Shown here: positions 18,180-28,647 of the stretch, piece after piece
Numbering within the stretch: position 1 is the stretch's first letter
Layout of the letters: every line of letters starts with the position of its first letter
Origin: Sumerlaeia bacterium
GTDB lineage: Bacteria > Sumerlaeota > Sumerlaeia > SLMS01 > JAHLLQ01
Length of the DNA stretch: 64,000 nucleotides
Assembly (NCBI GenBank): GCA_040219255.1
Contig: JAVJSW010000001.1
Span: 93,794-157,793, forward strand
Reading direction: 5' to 3'
Notes under the pieces: generated by a model
Told to the model about the DNA's origin: nothing
The model's input: the letters and a program-made list of their open reading frames with translations, nothing else
Databases searched by the model: none
Made by a program: the position numbers and the translations under genes

Positions 18180-18896
18180 TCAGCGATCGGACGGGAAGCC
18201 GATGCCCGGGCCGAACATGAAGAGGTCGCCATTGGATTGGGTGCCATTGGTCGGGTCGTAATGAACCGGAAAGGACACCGAATTGTCGTTCACCACACCG
18301 CCGGTGTCGGTCTTGCGGCCGAAACCGAAGTCGCGGTCGGCGTCCGGCCCGGGGCTGGCGATCAGCCAGAGGGCGTTGTTGTTCTCCCGCGGGGTGCCGA
18401 CAAAGGTGCCGCCTTCGCGAAGGGACTCGTACACGTAGCCGACGAATTGGGTCTGGTTGACGCCGTTGAAAATCAGGCTGTTCTGCTCGTCATTCGAGTA
18501 CATATAGGCCCGGTTCGGCGGCAGACAGGTGCCGGTTTCCGTCGGCGTGGGGAAAATGTCGAGGAAGACCACGTTGAGGTAGGCGACCGGGGTGGTGAGG
18601 CGGCGGCTGAGAAATCCGCGGCCCGGGCCATTGGGCCTCAGGCTCCAGCTGTCGCACTCGGTGGGAATGGGCCAGCGGTCCGCCGGGGGATAAATGCTCC
18701 AGTCGACCCGATAGGCCTCGACCCCGGTGGAGGCCGAGCGCGCGTCCGCCCGGAAGCGCGCAACCTTCGACCGCGTCAGAGCCTCGATATAGTTGGGCAC
18801 GGCGATCGCCGCCATGATCCCGATGATGGCGACGACGATAATAAGCTCGATCAGAGTGAAGCCACGGGAGAATCGTTTGGTAAGCGGTTGGCCCAT
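18180..18896 (-). CDS. Prepilin-type N-terminal cleavage/methylation protein (GspG-like pseudopilin)
   Basis: RG|FTLIELIIVVAIIGIMAAIAVPNY class III signal; C-terminal SPGPD and YDPTNGTQSNGDL. Confidence 0.9.
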   Translation of the reverse strand: MGQPLTKRFSRGFTLIELIIVVAIIGIMAAIAVPNYIEALTRSKVARFRADARSASTGVEAYRVDWSIYPPADRWPIPTECDSWSLRPNGPGRGFLSRRLTTPVAYLNVVFLDIFPTPTETGTCLPPNRAYMYSNDEQNSLIFNGVNQTQFVGYVYESLREGGTFVGTPRENNNALWLIASPGPDADRDFGFGRKTDTGGVVNDNSVSFPVHYDPTNGTQSNGDLFMFGPGIGFPSDR

Positions 18897-19178
18897 CAGG
18901 CACCTCTTCGACAATATGGGACTCCGGGCCGCCGGATCGTCCCGCTCCAATCAACTCCCCCGCGTCCCTCCATGGCAGCCACTCCCTTCCGAATGGACGA
19001 ACAGCGACAGCGGACACAAGCAAAAGGCGGAAAGAGGCAAAAAACGAACACTTCGAAGCTCGGGACATGGCGCCTGCACAACGCGCCCGCGAGGAACGCG
19101 GCGGCCCAGGGGAGGCAGGCGGGCCGGCTCTCACGGCACGGGCTGGCGGCGGGGCGGGGGCGCACGAAGCGGCGCACG

Positions 19179-19214
19179 AAAAAATCCCCTCTCGACGGAT
19201 GCCGAGAGGGGAAA
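19179..19214 (-). terminator. Rho-independent terminator of the tRNA operon
   Basis: Stem tcccctctcg / cgagagggga immediately after the tRNA-Asp CCA, followed by a U-run on the - strand. Confidence 0.8.
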
Positions 19215-19218
19215 CGGA

Positions 19219-19295
19219 TGGCGGGAGCGACGAGACTTGAACTCGCGACCTCCGGCGTGACAGGCCGGCGCTCTAACCGACTGAGCTACGCCCCC
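19219..19295 (-). tRNA. tRNA-Asp(GTC)
   Basis: Cloverleaf GGGGGCGTAGCTCAGTCGGTTAGAGC...CCGGC-CT-GTC-AC-GCCGG...GTTCAAGTC...CGCTCCCG-CCA. Confidence 0.97.
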
Positions 19296-19333
19296 GCAGG
19301 TTTGAAAACGGTGCTCTGATCTCTCGGATCGGG

Positions 19334-19410
19334 TGGTGGGCGGACCGGGATTCGAACCTGGGACCCCCAGCTTGTAAGGCTGGTGCTCTAACCAACTGAG
19401 CTACCCGCCC
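19334..19410 (-). tRNA. tRNA-Val(TAC)
   Basis: Cloverleaf GGGCGGGTAGCTCAGTTGGTTAGAGC...CCAGC-CT-TAC-AA-GCTGG...GTTCGAATC...TCCGCCCA-CCA. Confidence 0.97.
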
Positions 19411-19450
19411 GAGAGCGGCGCTTGCGCCGTTTTGCCGCAAGCGGATTGGG

Positions 19451-19479
19451 ACTGTCCACGGCAGACCCCCGCCGGTCAA
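19451..19479 (-). promoter_or_regulatory. Putative promoter of the tRNA-Val/Asp operon (TTGACC-N17-GACAGT)
   Basis: -35/-10 pair with a 17-nt spacer about 40 nt upstream of tRNA-Val. Confidence 0.6.
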
Positions 19480-19657
19480 CCACGAAATGCGGCGCGCGCG
19501 ATTTTTTTTTCCAGGCCCCGCTTCTTTCCCGAAGCGCGAAGTTTCCTTGCTCCCCCCGCGCCCCCTGCGCCATGACTTTTCCTCAGATATGGCGCGCTAA
19601 AGGATATTTCTGGGGAATTCGCGAGTCTCCCCCACTCGCTCGCTCCCAATCCCGATC

Positions 19658-20959
19658 ATGGCTATCTGCATCACCCTTGCCGAACAACCCGACGCTCTCA
19701 GCTCCTACGTCTTCGATCAGGACGTCGTGAAGCTGGGGCGTTCCTCCAACAACGAGGTGCAGTTCGATCCGGCACGCTTTCCCCAGGTCAGCCGCCATCA
19801 CGGCCAGATCGAGCGCACGCCCCAGGGCTGGTACTTCCGCGACCTCGGCAGCAAGCACGGCTCCTTCAGCAATGGAAAGCCGGTCGTCGAACCGCTCCTC
19901 ATCCGCCACGGCGAACAGATCCAACTCGGCCACGGCGGCCCCATCTTCACCGTGGCCTTTCCCATTCCCCGCATCACCGGCGGCGGCGGCACGCACCTCA
20001 AACTCGGCAATTTCATCGAGGAATTCACCTACTTCCCGCTCGCCTTCTCGGAAGCTTTCCTGGGCCGCTACGGCGAATACCACCGGATCGGCACCGGCGG
20101 GTTCGGCGAAGTGTGGCGCGCCAAACCCAGGGACGGCACCACCGACCGTGCCGTCAAGCTCCTGCGCCCCAAAATGCTCGTCGAAGAAGCGGAAAGCCCC
20201 GAGGAACTGGCCAAAGTCGTGCAGCGCTTCGTCCGCGAAGCCAAGCTCATGCACCTGCTCTCCGAAGCCGGCACGCCAGGCATCGCCCGCGTTTACGACT
20301 GGTCCGATCAGATCGATCTCGACTTTATCTACCTCGTCATGGATTTCATCGAGGGCCGCTCCCTCGAAAAGCTCCTCTTCGCCTACCGCACCGTTCCGCA
20401 GGAAGTGGCGGCGAACATCTTCCTGCAAGTGGCCAAGACCCTCAAGGCGGCCCACGAGTTCCGCTGGACCGACGAGAAGGGCATCGCCCATCAGGGCATC
20501 ATCCACCGCGACGTCAAACCCAGCAATATCATGATCGAGCGCGACACGGGCCGCGCCTTTCTCGTCGATTTCGGAATCGCCGGGATTCTGGAAGGCGGCG
20601 AACGCCTGACCGCCACCCACATCGCCCTCGGCTCGGCCCGCTTCCTGCCCCTCGAAGCCCTCAAGAGCAGCCAGATCACACCGTCCCTCGACCTCTGGGG
20701 CTTCGCCGTCTCCCTCTATGTCACGCTGACTCGTGGAGCGTTCCCGTATCAGGCGCGCACCATCATGGAACTGTTCGAGGCGCTCAGCGAGTACCGCTAC
20801 ACTCCGCTCTCTTATTATCGTATTGATTTAGACAAGCGGGTCGTCGAATCCCTGGAGCGCACCTTGAAGCCCGAGGTCGAGCAGCGGGTCCAGTCCTTCG
20901 ACGAATGGATCGGCCTGCTCACCCCGCTGACCGACGAGAACGTCCCTCTCAAGGTATAG
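19658..20959 (+). CDS. FHA-domain Ser/Thr protein kinase
   Basis: FHA motifs LGR..VSRHHG..DLGSKHG; kinase IGTGGFGEVW, AVK, HRDVKPSN, DFG and DLWG; no TM helix. Confidence 0.92.
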   Translation: MAICITLAEQPDALSSYVFDQDVVKLGRSSNNEVQFDPARFPQVSRHHGQIERTPQGWYFRDLGSKHGSFSNGKPVVEPLLIRHGEQIQLGHGGPIFTVAFPIPRITGGGGTHLKLGNFIEEFTYFPLAFSEAFLGRYGEYHRIGTGGFGEVWRAKPRDGTTDRAVKLLRPKMLVEEAESPEELAKVVQRFVREAKLMHLLSEAGTPGIARVYDWSDQIDLDFIYLVMDFIEGRSLEKLLFAYRTVPQEVAANIFLQVAKTLKAAHEFRWTDEKGIAHQGIIHRDVKPSNIMIERDTGRAFLVDFGIAGILEGGERLTATHIALGSARFLPLEALKSSQITPSLDLWGFAVSLYVTLTRGAFPYQARTIMELFEALSEYRYTPLSYYRIDLDKRVVESLERTLKPEVEQRVQSFDEWIGLLTPLTDENVPLKV

Positions 20960-21008
20960 ACCGGCACAGCGCCCCCATTCCTCCCGAGAGACCGAACCCT
21001 TTACCCAC

Positions 21009-21839
21009 ATGGATTGGCCCAGCATCCCCGACGAAATGACGGGCAAATCGCCCCCGCTGATCGACCTCCTGCCCCGCGGGGACAGCGTCGCCGCCTGCGC
21101 CGAACTGCTCATCAAAAATCTTCCCGCCATGACCCAACCCGGCGACCGCGTCGAATACCAAGTCGTCGCCGAAGCCAAGCACCGCCGCGTCACCCTGCCG
21201 GCCCTCATGAAACGCCGCGGAGGCGAAGTCCTCATCCTGACCAGCCACGCCGGCAACTGGCGCCCCCAGGACATCGCCAACTTCGTCGACTGGCTCGTCC
21301 AGGTCCGCACCGTCGGCGCCCTTCAGCCCGCACCCATCCACCTCTTTCACGACATCGAATCCCTGCCCCCCACCATCGAGGAAGCCCTCTCGATGGACCG
21401 GATGATCAAGCTGGCTTACCTGGCCGCGCCCTACATCGTGAACCAGAACGAGCGCAAGAACGCCGAAGTCTTCGCCAAAGTCTTCGAGTACGTCTTCGAG
21501 GATCGCGTCGGTCAGCGCGCCGGCTATCGCGACCTCGAGCGCCTCGACGCCTGGCGCGTCGAAGACGCCCACTCCTTGCCCGACGACACGCCGGCGCGGC
21601 GCTGGCTGATCCAGACCATCGGCGCCTTTCTCGGCGAACTCATCATCAAACGACTCGAGGGTGCCGCCTGGAGCGGTGAATTGCTGACCGAACGCTCGCT
21701 CCGCCGAGTCCGCATCCATCGCTTCGACGCCAATGTCTTCGGAGCGGTGGAACGATGGCTGATCAACGGCCCTCCGGAGAACTACCTTTCGGAGTACGCG
21801 CTGTCGGTGGCGCGGATGGCCGAGGGCCAACTGCCCTAA
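21009..21839 (+). CDS. Hypothetical protein
   Basis: 276-aa ORF with host-like codon usage, 50 bp downstream of the kinase. Confidence 0.7.
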   Translation: MDWPSIPDEMTGKSPPLIDLLPRGDSVAACAELLIKNLPAMTQPGDRVEYQVVAEAKHRRVTLPALMKRRGGEVLILTSHAGNWRPQDIANFVDWLVQVRTVGALQPAPIHLFHDIESLPPTIEEALSMDRMIKLAYLAAPYIVNQNERKNAEVFAKVFEYVFEDRVGQRAGYRDLERLDAWRVEDAHSLPDDTPARRWLIQTIGAFLGELIIKRLEGAAWSGELLTERSLRRVRIHRFDANVFGAVERWLINGPPENYLSEYALSVARMAEGQLP

Positions 21840-21974
21840 AGAAGCCTTTGGCGACAAAACTTATCGCATATGTCAAAAATATCTGAGGCATACGTGCGTA
21901 TCTGCCTTGACCGCTCCGCCTTCTCCGGCGGAACGTACCCGGCAATTTGAGTTCAAGAGACGGAGCCCCCAACC

Positions 21975-23042
21975 ATGCCCATTGTCACAATGCGCCAGAT
22001 TATGGAAGAAGCCGCCAAAAAAGGCTATGGCGTCGGCGCGTTCAACGTCAACAATATGGAGCAGATCCAGGCCATCATGGCCGCCGCGGAGAAGCTCGAC
22101 GCCCCGGTCATCATCCAGGCCAGCCGAGGCGCCCTCGCCTACAGCCAGATGATCTACCTGAAGAAGCTGATGGAAGCCGCGGTGGAAGTCACCCCGAACG
22201 TCCCCGTCGCCCTTCACCTCGACCACGGCAACAGCCCCGAAACCTGCAAGCAGGCCATCGAACTCGGCTTCAGCAGCGTCATGATGGACGGCTCCCTGGA
22301 AGCCGACGGCAAGACCGTCGCCTCCTACGAATACAACGTCCGCGTCACCCGCGAAGTGGTCGAAATGGCCCACGAAGTCGGCGTCACCGTCGAAGGTGAA
22401 CTGGGCGCCCTCGGCGGCATCGAAGACGGCCACGGAGCCGGCATCGCCCTCGACGACAAAGAGCACCTGACCGATCCGGACGAAGCCGTTCAGTTCGTGC
22501 AGGAAACCGGCGTGGACTGCCTCGCCGTCGCCATCGGCACCAGCCACGGCGCCTACAAGACGCTGCGCTACGACAAGGACGGCAACGCCCTGCCGCCGGC
22601 CCTGGCCCTCGAGCGCATCACCAAGATCAAAGAAAACCTGGAGAAGGCCGGCTACAAGAACTACCCCCTCGTCATGCACGGCTCCAGCTCCGTTCCCAAA
22701 GACCTCGTGGACATTGTCAACAAGTACGGTGGCGCCCTGAAGGGCTCGATGGGCATTCCGCTGGAAGACATCCGCTTCGGCATCGAACGCGGCGTTCGCA
22801 AGATCAACGTCGATACCGACGGCCGTCTCGCCATGACCGGCGCCGTCCGCAAGGTCCTCTTCGAGACCCCCGACAAGTTCGATCCGCGCGATTGGATGAA
22901 GCCCGCCCGCACCGCCCTGCAGGCCATGATCGAAGAGCGCATGAAGGCCTTCGGCCAAGCTGGCCACGGCAGCGACTACAAGCCGGTTTCCCTGACCGAC
23001 ATGGCCGAGAAGTACAAGGCCGAGCGCGCCGCCGCCGTCTAA
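21975..23042 (+). CDS. fba: Class II fructose-bisphosphate aldolase
   Basis: AFNVNN, HLDHG, SVMMDGS, VEGELG, AIGTSHGAYK, VMHGSS and KINVDTD motifs. Confidence 0.96.
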   Translation: MPIVTMRQIMEEAAKKGYGVGAFNVNNMEQIQAIMAAAEKLDAPVIIQASRGALAYSQMIYLKKLMEAAVEVTPNVPVALHLDHGNSPETCKQAIELGFSSVMMDGSLEADGKTVASYEYNVRVTREVVEMAHEVGVTVEGELGALGGIEDGHGAGIALDDKEHLTDPDEAVQFVQETGVDCLAVAIGTSHGAYKTLRYDKDGNALPPALALERITKIKENLEKAGYKNYPLVMHGSSSVPKDLVDIVNKYGGALKGSMGIPLEDIRFGIERGVRKINVDTDGRLAMTGAVRKVLFETPDKFDPRDWMKPARTALQAMIEERMKAFGQAGHGSDYKPVSLTDMAEKYKAERAAAV

Positions 23043-23068
23043 CGGACTGGCTGGTTAGCTGGGTTAAG

Positions 23069-23570
23069 CACTGAGGGCACAGAGGTTGACGGCTGCACGG
23101 AGGAAGAGATTCCTCCAGTTGCGGCCGCGGCCTCCGTGCCTTTTTTCATTGAGAGCGCCTCCTGAAAAGGAATAGCGGTCCATCGCACTCTGGCCGCCAA
23201 AGCCATCAGGAGCGACGGTTTCCCGTGCCACCTGATTGGCGGGTAGAGGAATTCGACAGCATCTCTCAAAGACACCACGATCTTTCCCCACAGAGAGACA
23301 GGCCGCACTGCCCGCCGCCGAAGTCTCTTTCTTTCAATTGATCACAAATGATGTTCAGATAACGGCAAGGCTTCTCCGATGCCCCTACTAACTCCAATAA
23401 AACCAATAATCTCCGTGTCCCCTGTGGCTCTGTGGTGATTTTCTGAAGACTCAAGGACAATGTCGAAGTACCTCGTTCACGTAACCTCATCCGATTCCTT
23501 ATCCGTGACAATCCGTGGCAACCCTCTCTCTCTGTGCAACCTCTGTCCTCTGAGCCCTCTGTGGTGAATT
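23069..23570. repeat. Intergenic region bounded by imperfect inverted repeats (cacagag-periodic REP-like family)
   Basis: Left arm cactgagggcacagagg...gcacggaggaagag; right arm revcomp aattcaccacagagggctcagaggacagaggttgcacagag; further arms at about 23411-23440 and 23491-23520. Confidence 0.6.
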
Positions 23571-23571
23571 C

Positions 23572-25137
23572 GTGAACCCCGTCCGTTTCTTCTTCTCCCT
23601 CACCCGCCTCGGCGGCAAAGCCCTCTGGCGCTGGAAAGACCTCGTCGCCCTCGCCGTCATCGGCGTGTGCTGGGTTCTGGCGCGGCGGGTCTATTCGTGG
23701 GATAATGGGGTGCCGTTCGACGACACGCGCCTTGCCTGGTCGATGCAGTTTCTCGATCCCGCCTGGCTGCGGGAAACGCCCTGGCGCTCGCTCTGGTTCC
23801 TGCACAGCCAACCGCCCCTTTTCAACGCCTACCTCGCGGCGATCCTGAACCTCTTCCCGGGGCAGGAAACCCGCTTCTTCGCCCTCAGCTACCGCCTCCT
23901 CGGCGTCCTCCTGGCCGTGTCGCTCTATGGGCTCCAGAGGGCCATCGGCATCACCCGCTTCTGGGCCGTGGCGGTCACGGTGCTGGTGTGCTGCGCGCCG
24001 GCGGCGCTGATTTACGAGCGCTACCTCTTCTACACCTATCCCGTCGCCGCCCTGATCGCCGTGGCCGGGGTGTTCGCCTGGCGCTTTGTCGAAAAGGGCT
24101 GGCGCGTAGCCGACGGCCTTGTCCTCTTCACGCTCCTGGGGGCGCTTATCTTCACCCGCAGCATGTTCCACCCGTTCCTGTGGCTGTTGCCGATGGCGGC
24201 GGGATTCTGCTGGATGGCGGGGCGCGGGAAATGGCGCCGCGTCGCCCTCCTGGCGGCGATTCCGATGGTGGCCAGCCTCGCCCTCTTCACCAAGAATGCT
24301 TTCCTCTTTGGCGAATTCACCTCCAGTTCCTGGCTCGGCATGAGCCTCGGCAAGTACGCCGTCCGCAACATGTCCCAGGACGAACTCGCCGCCTACCTGA
24401 CCCGCGACGACTTCCCCGCCATCTTCGCCGTCGAAACCTTCGAGCCGGTCGATGACTACCGCCCGTACCTGCCGCGACCCCTCGCCGAGCCCACTGGCGT
24501 TCCCGCCCTCGACGCCGACCGCAAAGCCACCGGCGCGGCGAACATGAATCACCTGCAATTCATCGCGGCCTCGAACGAATTCGGCCGCGGCGCCAAGATC
24601 ATTCTGCTCAACGATCCCGGCTATTTCCTGCGCACCTTCCGCGAGGCCCTCATCGTGTACAGCAAACCCGCCACCGATTACGTTCTCATCGCCCTGCGCG
24701 AGCGCCCCGTCGATCCCATCACCCGCTGGTACGCGCGCATCGTCTATGGCAAGTTCGGCCCCTCGCCCTTTCACTACAAGGAAATCGACGGCTGGCTCGA
24801 ACGCCAGGACAAGCACCGGCTCGAGCAAATCGGCTGGTTCCTTCCCATCTACCTGCTGCTCGGCATCGGCGTGGGCGTGGCCGTGGCCTTGGCTCTGATC
24901 CGCGAGCGCCGCCGCCCCACCGGGTCCGAGTTCCTGATTCTCTTTCTCGCCTTCAACGTCCTCTACGTCAGCGGCATCGGCACGCTGCTCGAAGTCGGCG
25001 AAAACAACCGCTTCCGATACCAGATCGAACCGGTCCTTTTTGTCCTCGTCGCGGCGGCGATTCAGCGGCTCGCCATGGCAAGGACTTTGCACCGAAAATC
25101 CCCGCCATTCTGGACGCGATGGAGACGCCGCCGATGA
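23572..25137 (+). CDS. Polytopic membrane protein (GT-C/PMT-like glycosyltransferase candidate)
   Basis: About 10-11 TM segments, HSQPPLF in the first loop, large periplasmic loop, C-terminal ENNRFR; GTG start. Confidence 0.6.
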   Translation: MNPVRFFFSLTRLGGKALWRWKDLVALAVIGVCWVLARRVYSWDNGVPFDDTRLAWSMQFLDPAWLRETPWRSLWFLHSQPPLFNAYLAAILNLFPGQETRFFALSYRLLGVLLAVSLYGLQRAIGITRFWAVAVTVLVCCAPAALIYERYLFYTYPVAALIAVAGVFAWRFVEKGWRVADGLVLFTLLGALIFTRSMFHPFLWLLPMAAGFCWMAGRGKWRRVALLAAIPMVASLALFTKNAFLFGEFTSSSWLGMSLGKYAVRNMSQDELAAYLTRDDFPAIFAVETFEPVDDYRPYLPRPLAEPTGVPALDADRKATGAANMNHLQFIAASNEFGRGAKIILLNDPGYFLRTFREALIVYSKPATDYVLIALRERPVDPITRWYARIVYGKFGPSPFHYKEIDGWLERQDKHRLEQIGWFLPIYLLLGIGVGVAVALALIRERRRPTGSEFLILFLAFNVLYVSGIGTLLEVGENNRFRYQIEPVLFVLVAAAIQRLAMARTLHRKSPPFWTRWRRRR

Positions 25138-25403
25138 CCCGCCCCGACTACAACGCCCTGGCCGATTTGCTTCGTGTGCCCAGCATCGACATGGCCATCG
25201 CCCGCGAACTCCTCAAGATCGACATCACCCGCGTCCAGGACCTCATCGGCCGCGACCCGGAAGCGCTCTACGACGAACTGGTCCTGCGCCGAGGCAAACC
25301 GGTCGATCCCTTCTACCTCTACGTCCTGCGCAGCGCCGTGTACTTCGCCGAAACTCCCAATCCCGATCCCGAGCGGGTGCATTGGCACGCGTGGCAGGAT
25401 TGA
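25134..25403 (+). CDS. Cdd1 / mitomycin-resistance-like helix-hairpin-helix protein
   Basis: L..VP.I...IA..L..I.I....DL.GRDPE.LY..L......DP..LYV.R.AVYFA......W..W pattern; ATGA overlap with the upstream stop. Confidence 0.8.
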   Translation: MTRPDYNALADLLRVPSIDMAIARELLKIDITRVQDLIGRDPEALYDELVLRRGKPVDPFYLYVLRSAVYFAETPNPDPERVHWHAWQD

Positions 25404-25472
25404 GGGCGTGAAATTGACTTGACGTGGTGGCAGGTTGAGGACCTGCTAAGTCATCATGTAGGAGAACTTGCC

Positions 25473-26660
25473 ATGGGTAATATCTTTAATTTGGGCTATG
25501 CGTTGTTGGTTATTGCATTGATCCAATCGCCTGCCGCAGGTCAGATTCAGATCACACTTTTTGGCGAGGATCAGAATCAAGATGGTCAAGTCCTCCTACA
25601 GTTGGGTGAGACGGACCCAACAAATCCCCAATCTTTCCCATTAAACGAGCAAGACACTGATCGAGATGGATTGTCCGATGCGTTTGAAATCAACTTTGAG
25701 AAAGTGGTCAATGATCGGCTGATCAAGCTGGACTTTCTGGATCAGGATTCGGACGATGACGGGTTGTCCGATGGCGATGAATACAATGGGAAAGGTCTGT
25801 GCCGGGCCGGAGCAGAGTATTGGCAATCCCCTTTGGCGGTTCAGCCGTGGCTGCCTGATTCAGACTTTGATGGGATTCCGGACGGCACCGAGTTGGGGGT
25901 GAGGGTTCCGATTCCAGAGTTTTCCACCATATACAACGGGCAACAGGTTACTATCAAGGGAACCGACATCGAAGCAAAATTTGATTTTCGAGTTTGGCTG
26001 ACGATGCTTCCTTTGCATTACAATGGAGGGGAAGAAGTTTCTCCATTGGATGACGTCGAGTATATCCAGTATCGATATTGTTTCCGTGTGGACGACGATC
26101 CTGGTTATGAGGGGCATTATTTTACCCACCCAGTCAATAGCGATACTAACAATGATGGAGTCGTGGATGGATTGCAGGATTTCAATCAACAGATCGTCCT
26201 GGAGGAGATGGATGACCCTTCGAAGTACAACGCTCCCGGAAACTACAATGGGAAATACAAGGATACGGAATTCGATGCATTGACCGGGCTCTATGAAGTT
26301 CCATCAGATTGGGAAACCCACGTTGGCCAGTATATGGGTGGAGGATTTGCATTCATTGGTGGTCAAGCTCAGGATATCGGAGGGCGGTCGCTTCGCCAAA
26401 TCTATCTCATCGCCGGACCAAGCGTGGACGGAATGTGCATGAGGTTTGCATCTTCAGCACGAGATGTTCAAATTACTCCAACCACGATCAATATATTGAA
26501 GACGGGTGAGAAGTACTTGGTGGATTTCGTGGGGAATTTCAATCAATTGGGCAGATTTTCGGTCAGACGAGATTTTTATGAGTGTTCAGTTACTGCCAAA
26601 AAGGTCCACTCCAATCATCTCTTGGTATGGTTAGGGCATAAGTATGCATGGCCTTGTTAA
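25473..26660 (+). CDS. Secreted Ca-binding repeat protein (bacterial TSP3-like DxDxDG repeats), low GC
   Basis: RBS aggaga; signal peptide; DTDRDGLSD, DSDDDGLSD, DSDFDGIPD and DTNNDGVVD repeats; visibly AT-richer than flanks. Confidence 0.7.
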   Translation: MGNIFNLGYALLVIALIQSPAAGQIQITLFGEDQNQDGQVLLQLGETDPTNPQSFPLNEQDTDRDGLSDAFEINFEKVVNDRLIKLDFLDQDSDDDGLSDGDEYNGKGLCRAGAEYWQSPLAVQPWLPDSDFDGIPDGTELGVRVPIPEFSTIYNGQQVTIKGTDIEAKFDFRVWLTMLPLHYNGGEEVSPLDDVEYIQYRYCFRVDDDPGYEGHYFTHPVNSDTNNDGVVDGLQDFNQQIVLEEMDDPSKYNAPGNYNGKYKDTEFDALTGLYEVPSDWETHVGQYMGGGFAFIGGQAQDIGGRSLRQIYLIAGPSVDGMCMRFASSARDVQITPTTINILKTGEKYLVDFVGNFNQLGRFSVRRDFYECSVTAKKVHSNHLLVWLGHKYAWPC

Positions 26661-26817
26661 TCATACGAGATCCTTAATGCACCCTCAAGCCGCCATTCCC
26701 ATCCTCAAACAACGCCGACAGCTGACCTTTCCCACACTAACTCTGTGGGTCATAGCGGATGACTTTCATTTACCCAATGGCGTAAGTCCTCACGCACCAA
26801 CCTCTCAGCTTCGACGA

Positions 26818-26852
26818 ACGTAGCACGTAGCACCCAGCACGCAGCACGTATT
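26818..26852. repeat. Heptamer tandem repeat (acgtagc-like x5)
   Basis: acgtagc acgtagc acccagc acgcagc acgtatt. Confidence 0.6.
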
Positions 26853-26909
26853 CCAGACAAACCCGTTGCCCCCCGCGCCGCCCCTCGCCCACCCTTCCTC
26901 CCCGATTGA

Positions 26910-28238
<1,329 letters not shown>

Positions 28239-28278
28239 GCCCGCACTGGCTTACCAAGCCCCCATCGCATCCAACCCC

Positions 28279-28316
28279 ACGCCCGGAGAGCCCCGCCGCT
28301 CTCCGGGCGTTTCTTT
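28279..28316 (+). terminator. Rho-independent terminator of eno
   Basis: 12-bp stem acgcccggagag / ctctccgggcgt followed by ttcttt. Confidence 0.8.
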
Positions 28317-28320
28317 AAGG

Positions 28321-28512
28321 GTACCACGGCCGTCCCGGCCGTGACCTGCGGCGTTTCCCAGAGACCTGAAACTCTTTGACTTGGGCAGCCGAGTTTCCAC
28401 CGCCCAAACCACCCACCCCCAAATGTCGCGCAGGCTCTCCAGCCTGCGTCCCCCCCCAGCCACCGCCAAGGCCCATAAGTGCAACAAGTGTATCTTGTCT
28501 ATCTTGTCTGAT
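28321..28512. repeat. Cluster of REP-like hairpins
   Basis: gtac-cacggcc-gtccc-ggccgtg (28321-28343), gtcg-cgcaggct-ctcc-agcctgcg (28425-28448) and tatcttgtc x2 (28491-28508). Confidence 0.55.
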
Positions 28513-28647
28513 AGTTGCCACATGAGGGGACAAACCGAAGCGCCTGTGTTTTCCTGATTGGCGTCAGCGGTTGGCGCCACCCGCCGCCGCTGGCCAACCG
28601 ATTCCGGAGGCCACATCATGTCCGCTCTTCATCCCGCCCAAGACCCC

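Noticed and set aside
19219-19410. tRNA pair as a possible island integration site
   Set aside because: No integrase and no duplicated tRNA 3' end seen in the window; flanking genes have host-like composition.
23039-23308. Short ORFs (89 aa and 75 aa) in the fba downstream spacer
   Set aside because: They run through repeat arms and a terminator, with no RBS, motif or coding-like composition.
26818-26852. Tandem repeats as a possible CRISPR array
   Set aside because: 7-nt units without spacers and no cas genes; no CRISPR array found anywhere in the window.
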